A stretch of DNA of 38,762 nucleotides from Umezawaea sp. (GTDB lineage Bacteria; Actinomycetota; Actinomycetes; Mycobacteriales; Pseudonocardiaceae). The notes beneath the pieces were generated by a model. That model searched no databases. It was given only the letters and a program-made list of their open reading frames with translations, and was not told the origin of the DNA. The position numbers were made by a program, and so were the translations under genes. Location of the stretch: assembly GCA_035559015.1 (NCBI GenBank), contig DATMCA010001102.1, forward strand, positions 1 through 38,762, read 5' to 3'. Positions 7,517 through 15,728 of this stretch are shown here, piece by piece; the stretch's first letter is position 1, and each line of letters opens with the position of its first letter.

Positions 7517-7791
7517 GAGTATGAAACCTCTTCCTCGGGTGCGTATTCGTACAGGTGCCAGACGATCGGGCCGACCGACGTGGTGCCCCGGTAGACGTAC
7601 CCGGGGTCGAGGTCCTGGCCGGTGTTGTAGACCGCGAAGTGACGGATTTCAGCGTCGGCCGCGTTGTTGTCGACCTCGGCCCAGAACACCAGGTCGCCTT
7701 TCTGGTTCGCGAAGTGCAGGAATCGTGAACCAAGCGGCATCATGGGTGAGATCTTCGGGTCGGCAACGAGGTATTTCCATACCTGTCTCAT
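7513..7791 (-). CDS. conserved phage hypothetical protein (92 aa)
   Basis: MRQVWKY...WAEVD...FAVYNTG...YRGT...VWHLYE, a recurring small phage protein pattern; ATGA coupling. Confidence 0.7.
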   Translation of the reverse strand: MRQVWKYLVADPKISPMMPLGSRFLHFANQKGDLVFWAEVDNNAADAEIRHFAVYNTGQDLDPGYVYRGTTSVGPIVWHLYEYAPEEEVSYS

Positions 7792-8387
7792 GCTGTAAGC
7801 CCTTCGGGTAGGCGGATTTTCGTAAGCGCCCGCAGGTTTGGGGCGGGCATGTGGGGATCGATCGGGCACCCGAGCAGGCGGGCACCCATAGCGGCCAACA
7901 CGATCGCGTCGGCCCGGTCGTCGTCCTTCACCCTGAGCCGGATCGGACCAACGTCGTAACGGTCATTCACGGCCCGGACGACCATGCTCTTGGTGACCTT
8001 CGTGGCGCCCCTGAGTGAGCCGCTGCCGGTCGCGTAGAGCTTCACCTGACCAGGCGACACCTCGACCACGGGAAGCCCGTCACGCATCAACCGGTCGACG
8101 ATCCCCCACCACAGCCCGGACCGGTCGTGCGGGTCGCCGAACTTCGCCCCGTACGCCGGCGCCTCGACGACGACCAGGGCGGGAACGGGCCCGCCGTCGA
8201 ACACCATCTCAGCGATCCGGAGTTCGACGGCGCGGGAGCGCTCTTGCCGATCCCGCAGGGTGGGGTTCGCGTTGACGGGACTGGTCGTGACCGCCCGAGA
8301 CAGTACCTGCGAGAACTTCCCGAGCACCTGCACGTCGGCAAAACCGGTCGAGGTCAGGCTGACGTCCAACCCGATCACGCGCGTCAC
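7788..8387 (-). CDS. ruvC: RuvC-like Holliday junction resolvase
   Basis: VIGLDVSLTSTG, VVVEAP, VKLYATGSG and DDDRADA catalytic motifs; GTGA overlap at 8387. Confidence 0.85.
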   Translation of the reverse strand: MTRVIGLDVSLTSTGFADVQVLGKFSQVLSRAVTTSPVNANPTLRDRQERSRAVELRIAEMVFDGGPVPALVVVEAPAYGAKFGDPHDRSGLWWGIVDRLMRDGLPVVEVSPGQVKLYATGSGSLRGATKVTKSMVVRAVNDRYDVGPIRLRVKDDDRADAIVLAAMGARLLGCPIDPHMPAPNLRALTKIRLPEGLTA

Positions 8388-8653
8388 AGGTACTCCCGAC
8401 CCGTGCACACGTAACCCGGGACCGGCCACCAACAATCCACGTTCTGCTGAATGATCAGCTGGGTCCGGTCGACGTGGGCCGGCGGCCGAGGTACACCCGT
8501 CGGCACCGGAACCGGACGATGAACGGCTGGGCCAGGCTGCACCCGGATGTCGGGGGTGAAACGTTCGTACGCACCCCCGAACAGGACCAGGACGCACACG
8601 ACGGCGAGCGACTGACCACAGAACACGACCTGCGCGCGCCCCTGCTTACCCAT
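8384..8653 (-). CDS. membrane-anchored hypothetical protein
   Basis: MGKQGRAQ then a hydrophobic stretch (SLAVVCVLVLFGG); the ORF track extends it to an upstream ATG at 8827. Confidence 0.5.
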   Translation of the reverse strand: MGKQGRAQVVFCGQSLAVVCVLVLFGGAYERFTPDIRVQPGPAVHRPVPVPTGVPRPPAHVDRTQLIIQQNVDCWWPVPGYVCTGREYL

Positions 8654-8819
8654 CGGCCCGATCCCTGCACTCGATGCCCTGCTCGACGTGCTCTGCGTAG
8701 ACCTCGATGTCACCCGCACCCCGCAGCGCCTCACGTAGGCACTGCGGCGGTTCTCCGTGTGGTGCGCAACCTCGACCAAGCCCGGCATCGGCACCGTCGA
8801 GGCCCGGTAGGTGAACAGA

Positions 8820-9443
8820 TCAGCCATTCTGGTTCTCCTGTTCGCGCTCGTAAGCAATGGCCTCTTGCAACGACTCGACCACCCGGGCCATCTCGTCCGG
8901 AGTCATGTCCGCCGCCGACGTCAACTCGCGATCCGCATCACGGCCAACAATCTGCCGGCAGTACTCGAGCCGGGCATCCTTCTCGATCTTCGCCGCGTTC
9001 ATCGCCCACACCAGACGATCCAAGGCAGTCGGCTCCTTCGCCGGCAACGGCCCGTCATCGGCGATCGGCTCCACCGTGTACGGCACACGCTGCCCCTTGG
9101 ACGGCGGCAGCATGGTCGTCAACGCCTTCCGTCCGATGCCGGACATGTGGCTCACCCGGATACCGCCGACCGCCTTACCGGCCCACTTCACCGTCTCGTC
9201 CCGGTACAGGGTCAAGCGCTTGCCGTGCCAGGCATCCGTCTCCGGGCCCCAGCCCATGCCCAGCAACCGGAGCACCGTCTTGGACGGCTTGAACGGCTGC
9301 GGGTGCTCGGCAAGGTAGATCCACACGGGCTGTTCCGACGATCCCTGCCGTACGTCGGTGATGGTGAAAGTCCTCGGGCCGAGGACAAAATCATCCGCGT
9401 TTACCTGGTCGCTTTTCGGGGCGATGCTCTCTGTGATGTCCAT
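8820..9443 (-). CDS. putative ssDNA-annealing/binding protein partnered with the RecE-like exonuclease
   Basis: MDITESIAPKSDQVNADD...PFKPSKT...WHGKRLTLYRD...VGGIRVSHMS, a recurrent phage family in the recombinase slot; function inferred from position. Confidence 0.55.
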   Translation of the reverse strand: MDITESIAPKSDQVNADDFVLGPRTFTITDVRQGSSEQPVWIYLAEHPQPFKPSKTVLRLLGMGWGPETDAWHGKRLTLYRDETVKWAGKAVGGIRVSHMSGIGRKALTTMLPPSKGQRVPYTVEPIADDGPLPAKEPTALDRLVWAMNAAKIEKDARLEYCRQIVGRDADRELTSAADMTPDEMARVVESLQEAIAYEREQENQNG

Positions 9444-9940
9444 CAGGCGGACGCCTTCCTCTGGTGGTGGGCGAGTACCCATCGACGTCTGCACGCCCGG
9501 CACCCTCGCTTATTTCTTCCTGGATATGTGTAGGTGTTCGCATCGTCGAACAGGTGCCCTTCTCGGCACCGGTCTTTCGCTGCGTTCGCGTGAGTTCCGT
9601 GCGCTACTTGGTCGAGCTGGTTCTCGGAGTGCGTGCCCCATCGCAGGTTTGAGAGGGTGTTGTTTCCCGGGTCGCCGTCCCGGTGGAGCGCCTCCATGCC
9701 GTCCGGCTGCAGGCCAACGAAGGCGATCAGCACCAGCCGGTGAATCAGCCATATGCGTGGCTGGTTGGCCCACCAGAGGTTCACGATCAGGTATCCGCTC
9801 GGCATTGGTACGGGCTTCAAGGTCACGCCGCGGCGTCGGTGACCGTGAGATGTGATCCTGGCGATCGACCGCACTCGGCCCAGGTCTGAAACCTCGTATG
9901 CCCCCTCGTAGTCGGCAACTGGTCGCCATGTCTCGGTCAT
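9443..9940 (-). CDS. NUMOD4-HNH endonuclease
   Basis: ETWRPVADYEGAYEVSDLGRVRS (NUMOD4); IHRLVLIAF...HRDGDPGNNTLSNLRWGT (HNH); C-terminal CREGH...CRAC. Confidence 0.9.
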   Translation of the reverse strand: MTETWRPVADYEGAYEVSDLGRVRSIARITSHGHRRRGVTLKPVPMPSGYLIVNLWWANQPRIWLIHRLVLIAFVGLQPDGMEALHRDGDPGNNTLSNLRWGTHSENQLDQVAHGTHANAAKDRCREGHLFDDANTYTYPGRNKRGCRACRRRWVLAHHQRKASA

Positions 9941-11460
9941 GAGCTGACCTCGATTTCCTCTTCGTACATTCGGGAGATCCATTGCGGCACAGTCAATGTG
10001 ACCGTGTCCTCAGCGAAATCGGGCCACACATCAGTCTCAAGGCATTCCTTGTAAACCATGAGAGCACGGTGGTTTTCGATCCCACCGATCCGCTCGGCGT
10101 CCGCGTCCAGCATCACCACTGTCACCAGGTGAGGTGCCTTCTTAGACTGGACGATGAAGTAGAACTCGACCTCATCCGCCAGGCCGAGCGCCCGGATACC
10201 GTCCGCGATCGTGACAGCCTGCCGGTGCCAGCAGTGGTCGTACAGCTTCTTTTCCATGTCCCCGTTCGGTGCCACCTCGTCCGCTGATTTCAGGTCGACC
10301 GGGCGCATGATCCCGTCCTCGTCCGGGCCGTCCGGTAGGTAGTCGACCAGGCACCGACGCCGGACACCGGTCACCGGGTCTACCCAGAACAGGGCGACCT
10401 CGGGCCGGCCAGGCTGTGACAGGAGGGCGTGAGCGCGGGGTTTCTGGTGGACGGCCGCGGCCATGGCCTCGACGATCTCAGCGTCTTCCGGGAGGATCAC
10501 CGACCGGCCGGCCGATTCCTGCTCGGCTTTCCACCTTTGCGACGCCTTCGTCCGCCAGCTGTCCCAGACCTGCTCGGGGTCGTCCGGGTTCACCAGGGGC
10601 CGAACGGCGATCGTCTCGCCCTTCCCCAGAATCCGGGCATGGACAGCGTGACCCATGGCGAACGCAGCCGACGTCTTCCGCACCCCGTTGTCGCGGTCGT
10701 ACCGGAACTGCGCCGGGCACCCGTCGTCGGTCAGCTGGCGGGCGTCGGAGTTGCTGAGCCAGTCCCCGGTGATCGCGGGGTCGTGGTATTCGTTCGCGTC
10801 GAGCTCGTAGACGCCGGGCAGGGTGATCCGGATCGGTTCGTCGGGCCCGAGCGCCGTCCGCCACGGTGGGGTGATCGTCGCGGCCCCGGTGCACAGGTCG
10901 CAGAGGAACGATTCCCCGTTGGTGAGCGCCTCCCCGCACTGCCGGCATTCGGTGGGGTCGACCGTGCCACGCTCGATCACAACTCCCGGGCCCGGGACCA
11001 GCAGCCCGTTCCGCGAGCGGCGTGTGACATCGCCAGGAACATCGTTGACGGCAGCGAAGTATTCGGCCAGGTCGCTCGCCTCGGCCCCGGCGCGGTCAAG
11101 GGCCGTGCCGTCCGGCATCCTGAAGTCGACGGGCACGACGTAATCGGCGACGTTGGTCAGCGGCCCACCGAGCGCGGGATCCGCCTCGGTCAGCTTGATC
11201 GGTGAACCCTGAGCGTTCGTCCACGCCACCGGCTGGTGCTCTCGGCATGGCTCCGACTCAACCGGAGTACCGCAGACCGAGCACACGAACCCGCCAGGCG
11301 GGATCGACGGGTCGAACCGGTCTGGTGCTTCCTGCTCGCCAGCCGCACCGATGTACTCGCCCACCGGCAACGTCTCGAGCAGCGCTTCCGGCTGGGGTTC
11401 CTCGTGCTCTGCGTGGGTGCGCCGGTTGTGCCCGGACGACCCACAGATTCCACATGCCAT
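9937..11460 (-). CDS. RecE/exonuclease VIII-like PD-(D/E)XK exonuclease with Zn-rich N-terminal extension
   Basis: YH...LSNS...CPAQF, GHAVHARILG, PEVALFWVD...RCLVDYL...VDLKS, HRQA, FYFIVQSKKAPH. Confidence 0.85.
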   Translation of the reverse strand: MACGICGSSGHNRRTHAEHEEPQPEALLETLPVGEYIGAAGEQEAPDRFDPSIPPGGFVCSVCGTPVESEPCREHQPVAWTNAQGSPIKLTEADPALGGPLTNVADYVVPVDFRMPDGTALDRAGAEASDLAEYFAAVNDVPGDVTRRSRNGLLVPGPGVVIERGTVDPTECRQCGEALTNGESFLCDLCTGAATITPPWRTALGPDEPIRITLPGVYELDANEYHDPAITGDWLSNSDARQLTDDGCPAQFRYDRDNGVRKTSAAFAMGHAVHARILGKGETIAVRPLVNPDDPEQVWDSWRTKASQRWKAEQESAGRSVILPEDAEIVEAMAAAVHQKPRAHALLSQPGRPEVALFWVDPVTGVRRRCLVDYLPDGPDEDGIMRPVDLKSADEVAPNGDMEKKLYDHCWHRQAVTIADGIRALGLADEVEFYFIVQSKKAPHLVTVVMLDADAERIGGIENHRALMVYKECLETDVWPDFAEDTVTLTVPQWISRMYEEEIEVSS

Positions 11461-11462
11461 GA

Positions 11463-11771
11463 TCAGTTCTCCCTCTGCCTGGCACGGGACCGGCGCCGCA
11501 GCTCAGCCGCCCGCTCGTCCTCATCCATGCCACCCCAAATACCCGCCGGCTGACGCGTCTCGAACGAGTACGCCTTGCACGTCATCCGGACGTCGCATTC
11601 CAACCAGCACACGTTCTTCGCTTCCTGGATCCGCTGTTTCCAGTGACCGGTTTTCCCGTCCGGGAACCAGTCGTCGATTGTGAGTCGGTCGTGATCGGCG
11701 CATGCTGCCTGGTCACGCCAGTCCGTTGTCTCCCGCGTGGACGTCTCGTGCGCGGGCCCCGACCGGCTCAC
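11463..11771 (-). CDS. whiB: WhiB-family Fe-S transcription factor
   Basis: WRDQAAC...WFP...AKNVCWLECDVRMTC...GIWGG...ER. Confidence 0.92.
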   Translation of the reverse strand: MSRSGPAHETSTRETTDWRDQAACADHDRLTIDDWFPDGKTGHWKQRIQEAKNVCWLECDVRMTCKAYSFETRQPAGIWGGMDEDERAAELRRRSRARQREN

Positions 11772-12181
11772 TGACCAGGCCCATCAGACGGAACGGCAGA
11801 ACCCTTGACGTGGTCTGCCTCAGCACAACCACAGACCACGCACCAGAACAGAACCGGGCCGTCGTCGCCAGCCTTCGCGCGAACGAACTCATGCCCGCTG
11901 GGGTAATCCTCCGGCCGGGTGATCGCCGGTGGCGGGGGCATCGGCCGGGAACCACACCGCGGCGACAACCGGTGCTGGTACGGCTTCCGCGAGCACGCAC
12001 ACCAGCTGTCCGCCGTCACCAGGTCAGCACGATCCGGGCCCGCCAGCGTCGCGTACGCGACCGCCATCGTGGTGTCGATCAGAACCCGCAGCAGTTGCTC
12101 CGCGGAAACGCACCCGTCGACCTCAGCCCGAGCGGCCCCGAGCAGGTTGAACGCTGCATCACGGCACTGGTCCCGGGTCAT
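11768..12181 (-). CDS. hypothetical protein with Cys/His motifs
   Basis: WCAC...H...C and HEF...WCVVCGC...H; ATGA/GTGA coupling. Confidence 0.65.
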   Translation of the reverse strand: MTRDQCRDAAFNLLGAARAEVDGCVSAEQLLRVLIDTTMAVAYATLAGPDRADLVTADSWCACSRKPYQHRLSPRCGSRPMPPPPAITRPEDYPSGHEFVRAKAGDDGPVLFWCVVCGCAEADHVKGSAVPSDGPGQ

Positions 12182-12333
12182 CGGGCCACCGACTCGCGCC
12201 GGTCCCGCAGACGCCGGTTAACCGCCTCGAAATGCTGCCACGGGACGTAGAAACACAACGCGATCCAGTAAGCCTTCACCGCCCACACCAGGGCCCACCA
12301 GAGGGCATCCATCACCACGTAATCAACACGCAT
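12178..12333 (-). CDS. small membrane protein (51 aa)
   Basis: MRVDYVVMDALWWALVWAVKAYWIALCFYV; GGAAAGG RBS. Confidence 0.6.
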   Translation of the reverse strand: MRVDYVVMDALWWALVWAVKAYWIALCFYVPWQHFEAVNRRLRDRRESVAR

Positions 12334-12372
12334 CGTCGTACCTTTCCCATCGGGTAGGGGACACTCTCTATC

Positions 12373-12440
12373 GGTGGCCGGCGGGGAAAGCCCCGGTCCA
12401 GTTCGGGTCTGCACCGGGGCCCGGGCCCCCGCCGGCCACC
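12373..12440. other. long intergenic hairpin with an internal loop
   Basis: GGTGGCCGGCGGGG (12373-12386) pairs with CCCCGCCGGCCACC (12427-12440); inner stem GCCCCGGT/ACCGGGGC. Confidence 0.7.
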
Positions 12441-12447
12441 ACCTCAT

Positions 12448-12708
12448 CTAGTAGCAACCACGCTCAGGTGAACACGGCCCATCGTGCCCGTGCCCACCGA
12501 CACGACGGCCAGCACCAACCCGCCGCCGCGACCGGTCAAGAACATCGGCCGCCGACAATGGATGCTGCTTCTGGTACGTGGCCATCATCCGGCCGGTCTC
12601 CAGACCAGACTGATACGAATCCCGGTGCTGCAGATTCCGGCCGGCCAGGATCCCGACCGCCACGGACGGACCCGAGGTCAGGACCGCGGTGATCAGATAC
12701 CCGTTCAC
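12448..12708 (-). CDS. membrane-anchored hypothetical protein
   Basis: N-terminal hydrophobic segment; GTGA overlap. Confidence 0.55.
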   Translation of the reverse strand: MNGYLITAVLTSGPSVAVGILAGRNLQHRDSYQSGLETGRMMATYQKQHPLSAADVLDRSRRRVGAGRRVGGHGHDGPCSPERGCY

Positions 12709-12983
12709 GACGGCTTGGCCTCAGACAGGTGCTCGATCGACTTGCGAAGCGCATCCCTTGCCTGAGTCAGAGCTTTCTGCGCATCGACCTCAGCGCCATG
12801 CGCACACGCCAACGCGATCGTGCGGACCACACTCGATCCGTAGACCACGTCCATGTACTGCTTGCATTCCTGGACCCGTTCCACCCGGAGGTCGTTCCCG
12901 GTCAGGACCGACTCGATCTGGGTGAGGGCATGGGTCGCGGATGCCAGCAACGAATCAACCGTCACCGGGCCCATGTCGGTCAC
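12705..12983 (-). CDS. helical-hairpin protein, WXG100-like (92 aa)
   Basis: Two amphipathic helices around a central VVYGSS; coupled to the upstream hairpin protein. Confidence 0.45.
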   Translation of the reverse strand: MTDMGPVTVDSLLASATHALTQIESVLTGNDLRVERVQECKQYMDVVYGSSVVRTIALACAHGAEVDAQKALTQARDALRKSIEHLSEAKPS

Positions 12984-13231
12984 GATCCGGCCGCGTTCAC
13001 GCTCTCGACGGCCTCGTCGAGCTGGCCGCTGATTCCCTCCGCCGCGCTGACCGCGCCCTCGATCAGCGACTCAGCGGCCGAGAAATTCTCGTCGGGCTCA
13101 CCCATCACACCTGTCACGGTCGTCTGGGTATCCGCGATCGTGGATAGCACACCCTGCATCGCGGTAATCGTCTCGGCCAGTTGTTCCTTCGCGGCCGTGA
13201 TCTGGCCGGCGATTTCCTCTTTGTCGCTCAT
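12980..13231 (-). CDS. helical-hairpin protein, WXG100-like (83 aa; in-frame longer form possible from GTG 13420)
   Basis: MSDKEEIAGQITAAKEQL...VMGEPDENF...GQLDEAVESV: acidic heptad helices either side of a central Gly turn. Confidence 0.55.
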   Translation of the reverse strand: MSDKEEIAGQITAAKEQLAETITAMQGVLSTIADTQTTVTGVMGEPDENFSAAESLIEGAVSAAEGISGQLDEAVESVNAAGS

Positions 13232-13467
13232 AGCTGTTTCCCCGTTTCCTGTAGTGGTGTCTCTGTAGTCCGGTCGGCGGCGGTCGAACGCCCTACCGAT
13301 TCCCCGGTTTACGTTGCGCTTTGCTTCGGCGGCGACATCAGCCAAAACCTTTCTGGCTTTCGCAGTTTCGCCTGACATCTGCTTGATCCGTTCCTCTTGT
13401 TCACGCCATCCATCACCCACTGCCCTGCTCCGTTCCTCATGTGCTGCAACCGCTTCGGGTGCGGTCG

Positions 13468-13544
13468 TACCGGTGGCGGGACTCGAACCCGCTACCTCCC
13501 CCGGGTAGGGGCGGGGGTGCACATGCCGCATGTGCGTCACCGGC
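13468..13544 (-). ncRNA. tRNA-like RNA with non-canonical anticodon arm
   Basis: Acceptor GCCGGTG/CACCGGT+A, D stem GCAC/GTGC, variable loop AGGTA, T arm GCGGG-TTCGAGT-CCCGC; anticodon arm CCCCCG-CCCCTACC-CGGGGG; no encoded CCA. Confidence 0.7.
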
Positions 13545-13624
13545 CGGCCACCGGTTGCACGGCGGCCGTTGGTGGGCGGGTGGTGCCTAGGCCAGGCGGT
13601 CACCAGGTCACGCACCCGCCAGTC

Positions 13625-14152
13625 TCAGGGGCGGGTCATCTTGTCGATCAGATCGGCGTCACCGAGTTCGGCCCGGAAGATCACGAGGCGGCCGTGTTCG
13701 GCCTGCGCGCCCTGGTTGATGAACTCGGCCGCGGCCGACGCGTCCACGACCGCGCTGATCAGAGCCCGCCCACAGGGCCGGATCAGCCCGTCGGAGTGGA
13801 TGCGCTCGGATCGGCAGACTCCGACCAGGGCGTACCCGGTGGGGACCTGCACGATGCTGGTCTGGTTGAACCGCAGCCGCGACGACTCGCCGACGCATCC
13901 GCTGCAGGGGAACGACACGTGCTCGACGGCGGCGGGCACCTGGTCCGCAAGCGGCGGGGTCCACCCGGGCGGCGGGCCCACCTGGTCGAGGACGTCGTTC
14001 AGGATCGCGAACGGATCGTCGCCGGTCACCGTGTCGTGCGGGAGCACCCGGTGGTGCCGGCGGTACTCCGGGATGGTGGTGCGGCGGGTACCCAACCAGA
14101 CACCGAGGAACGGCAGGCAGAGGAGGGAGAGGGCGGCGAGGCGGAGAATCAT
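13625..14152 (-). CDS. hypothetical protein with N-terminal membrane anchor
   Basis: MILRLAALSLLCLPFLGVWLG start; CSGC motif. Confidence 0.6.
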   Translation of the reverse strand: MILRLAALSLLCLPFLGVWLGTRRTTIPEYRRHHRVLPHDTVTGDDPFAILNDVLDQVGPPPGWTPPLADQVPAAVEHVSFPCSGCVGESSRLRFNQTSIVQVPTGYALVGVCRSERIHSDGLIRPCGRALISAVVDASAAAEFINQGAQAEHGRLVIFRAELGDADLIDKMTRP

Positions 14153-14187
14153 CGGGTTCTCTTTTCGGGTAAGAGGTTTCGGGGTGG

Positions 14188-14466
14188 TTAGCAGTGGGCG
14201 GTCTGCTCGTAAATCTCGTGCAAGGTGCAGGTCGGGATCGTGGTGACGGATGCTGATGTGGCCGCCTGGTTCGCGAGCAGCTGCTGAACGGTGGCCTCGA
14301 GTTGGCGGGTGCGGGCCTGCTCGGACGCGATCTGCTGTTGCACCGTCGCCCGGTCGTTCCGCAGTTGCTCGATCTGGTCGTCCTGGCCGTGGTTCTGAAT
14401 AAGACTGGCGATGGCGAGTCCGAGCGCGATTGAAGCGACGATGTTCACCCACTGGCCGATGCTCAT
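14188..14466 (-). CDS. membrane-anchored coiled-coil protein
   Basis: N-terminal TM then a Q/E-rich heptad region; ATGA overlap. Confidence 0.65.
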   Translation of the reverse strand: MSIGQWVNIVASIALGLAIASLIQNHGQDDQIEQLRNDRATVQQQIASEQARTRQLEATVQQLLANQAATSASVTTIPTCTLHEIYEQTAHC

Positions 14467-14717
14467 CGGGCACCGTCCGGGTCGAGGCGATCAGCGATCG
14501 CGAGCCGGGCCTCTTGGTTCCGCCACTGCGACGTCTTGGGCCGGTCCTCGACGATCCGCCGGATGGCCTCGGGCGGATACCCGTCATCGACTAGCCGGGC
14601 CAACTCAGCGTGCCGTTCGGCGGCGACCTCAGCCCGGATGCGCCGCCCGTAATCAGCCGCTGCCTTGCCCGAGCGGTCGGACCAGACCGACCACATCGCC
14701 CGAATCAGGCCCTTCAC
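14463..14717 (-). CDS. hypothetical protein (84 aa)
   Basis: GTGA overlap at 14714-14717; helical charged sequence. Confidence 0.6.
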   Translation of the reverse strand: MKGLIRAMWSVWSDRSGKAAADYGRRIRAEVAAERHAELARLVDDGYPPEAIRRIVEDRPKTSQWRNQEARLAIADRLDPDGAR

Positions 14718-14956
14718 CGGGCACCGACCATCAGCAGGCCCGGGAACCAAGCCACCACCCACAGGATCACCGCAGCGCCCGCCCCCAGCCCCAACGCCGC
14801 CAGCATCCCCAGACCCACAGCGCGCGCCGTCCGATCCTTCACCCGCACCGCAGGCGACGCAGCATGCCGGGCCGCCGGACGGTAAACCAGCTCATGAACG
14901 AGAGGACGAACGACCGGGACCGCAACCGTGGGAGCGTCCCGCGGGTACCCGGTCAC
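14714..14956 (-). CDS. membrane protein (80 aa)
   Basis: C-terminal hydrophobic stretch; coupled overlaps. Confidence 0.6.
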   Translation of the reverse strand: MTGYPRDAPTVAVPVVRPLVHELVYRPAARHAASPAVRVKDRTARAVGLGMLAALGLGAGAAVILWVVAWFPGLLMVGAR

Positions 14957-15288
14957 GACAGAACCTCAGCATCCATGAGAAGAACGATCCGGACCGTGAC
15001 GCCGTCGAGGTCGAAACGCCACCGATGGTGGTAGTCGCTGTCGCCCCGTTCGACTGTGTACGACGGCTCAGCTGACCACGTCTCGGCCAGCCGGACGGCG
15101 TTCCTGACCGACTCCTTCGCGAACTGGACCTGCACGTTGTACGCGTGGTCGATCATGATGCTGGTCGTCCGGCTGCCGCCCAACGACTCGTCGAGCTCGA
15201 GGACCACCCCGATCGCCTTGCCACGGGCCGCAGCGTGATCGAATCCGGGGTCGTAGAACTGGGGGGCGGGTGTGTCGGTGGTGGTCAC
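14953..15288 (-). CDS. hypothetical protein (111 aa)
   Basis: GGAGG RBS; GTGA overlap with the Cro-like gene. Confidence 0.7.
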   Translation of the reverse strand: MTTTDTPAPQFYDPGFDHAAARGKAIGVVLELDESLGGSRTTSIMIDHAYNVQVQFAKESVRNAVRLAETWSAEPSYTVERGDSDYHHRWRFDLDGVTVRIVLLMDAEVLS

Positions 15289-15599
15289 GATTCCTCCGTC
15301 GCGTCGTCGGCCGGCCCGTCGCTGAGAAACGCCAAGCGGTCCGGGCAGAGCATGGTGAGTGGGGTGCCAAGGAAACGGGCGATGTCGGCGAGCTCGTTGA
15401 TATCCCAGACCTGCTGGTCCATGAACCGCCGGCTGAGACTCGACGTCGACACTCCGAGGTGTTCGGCGAGCGCGGCCCGGGTCTTCTTCTTCGCGGTCAT
15501 CTCGAGGCGGATGAGCATTCCCACCTCCACCGATGGGGTGTGGTCGTACTGGTTCGCCACGGTGGCTCCGTCCTGTTCGGTGGGCTGCGTCGTGTTCAT
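15285..15599 (-). CDS. Cro-like HTH regulator (alternative start GTG 15560)
   Basis: IRLEMTAKKKTRAALAEHLGVSTSSLSRR...WDINELADIARFLG is an XRE HTH; first gene of the leftward early operon. Confidence 0.85.
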   Translation of the reverse strand: MNTTQPTEQDGATVANQYDHTPSVEVGMLIRLEMTAKKKTRAALAEHLGVSTSSLSRRFMDQQVWDINELADIARFLGTPLTMLCPDRLAFLSDGPADDATEES

Positions 15600-15615
15600 G
15601 GGTACAGTCAATACC

Positions 15616-15630
15616 CGGGACGCTGTCCCG
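15616..15630. promoter_or_regulatory. palindromic operator candidate in the leftward promoter
   Basis: CGGGAC-GCT-GTCCCG, overlapping the end of a minus-strand TTGACG -35 element. Confidence 0.5.
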
Positions 15631-15658
15631 TCAAGTGCAATTTTGTACCGGATTCTGG

Positions 15659-15687
15659 TTGACCGTCCCGCAATGCGGGAGTAGTAT
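15659..15687 (+). promoter_or_regulatory. SigA-type promoter with palindromic operator in the spacer
   Basis: TTGACC-17 bp-TAGTAT; spacer contains TCCCGCA-A-TGCGGGA (15666-15680). Confidence 0.75.
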
Positions 15688-15728
15688 AGAGCTATCAGCA
15701 AGGGACACCACCACCAAGGGAGAACGAA

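Noticed and set aside
13468-13544. Calling the element a functional amber-suppressor or standard tRNA
   Set aside because: 8-nt loop, no U33, no purine 37, A at position 8; reported as tRNA-like only
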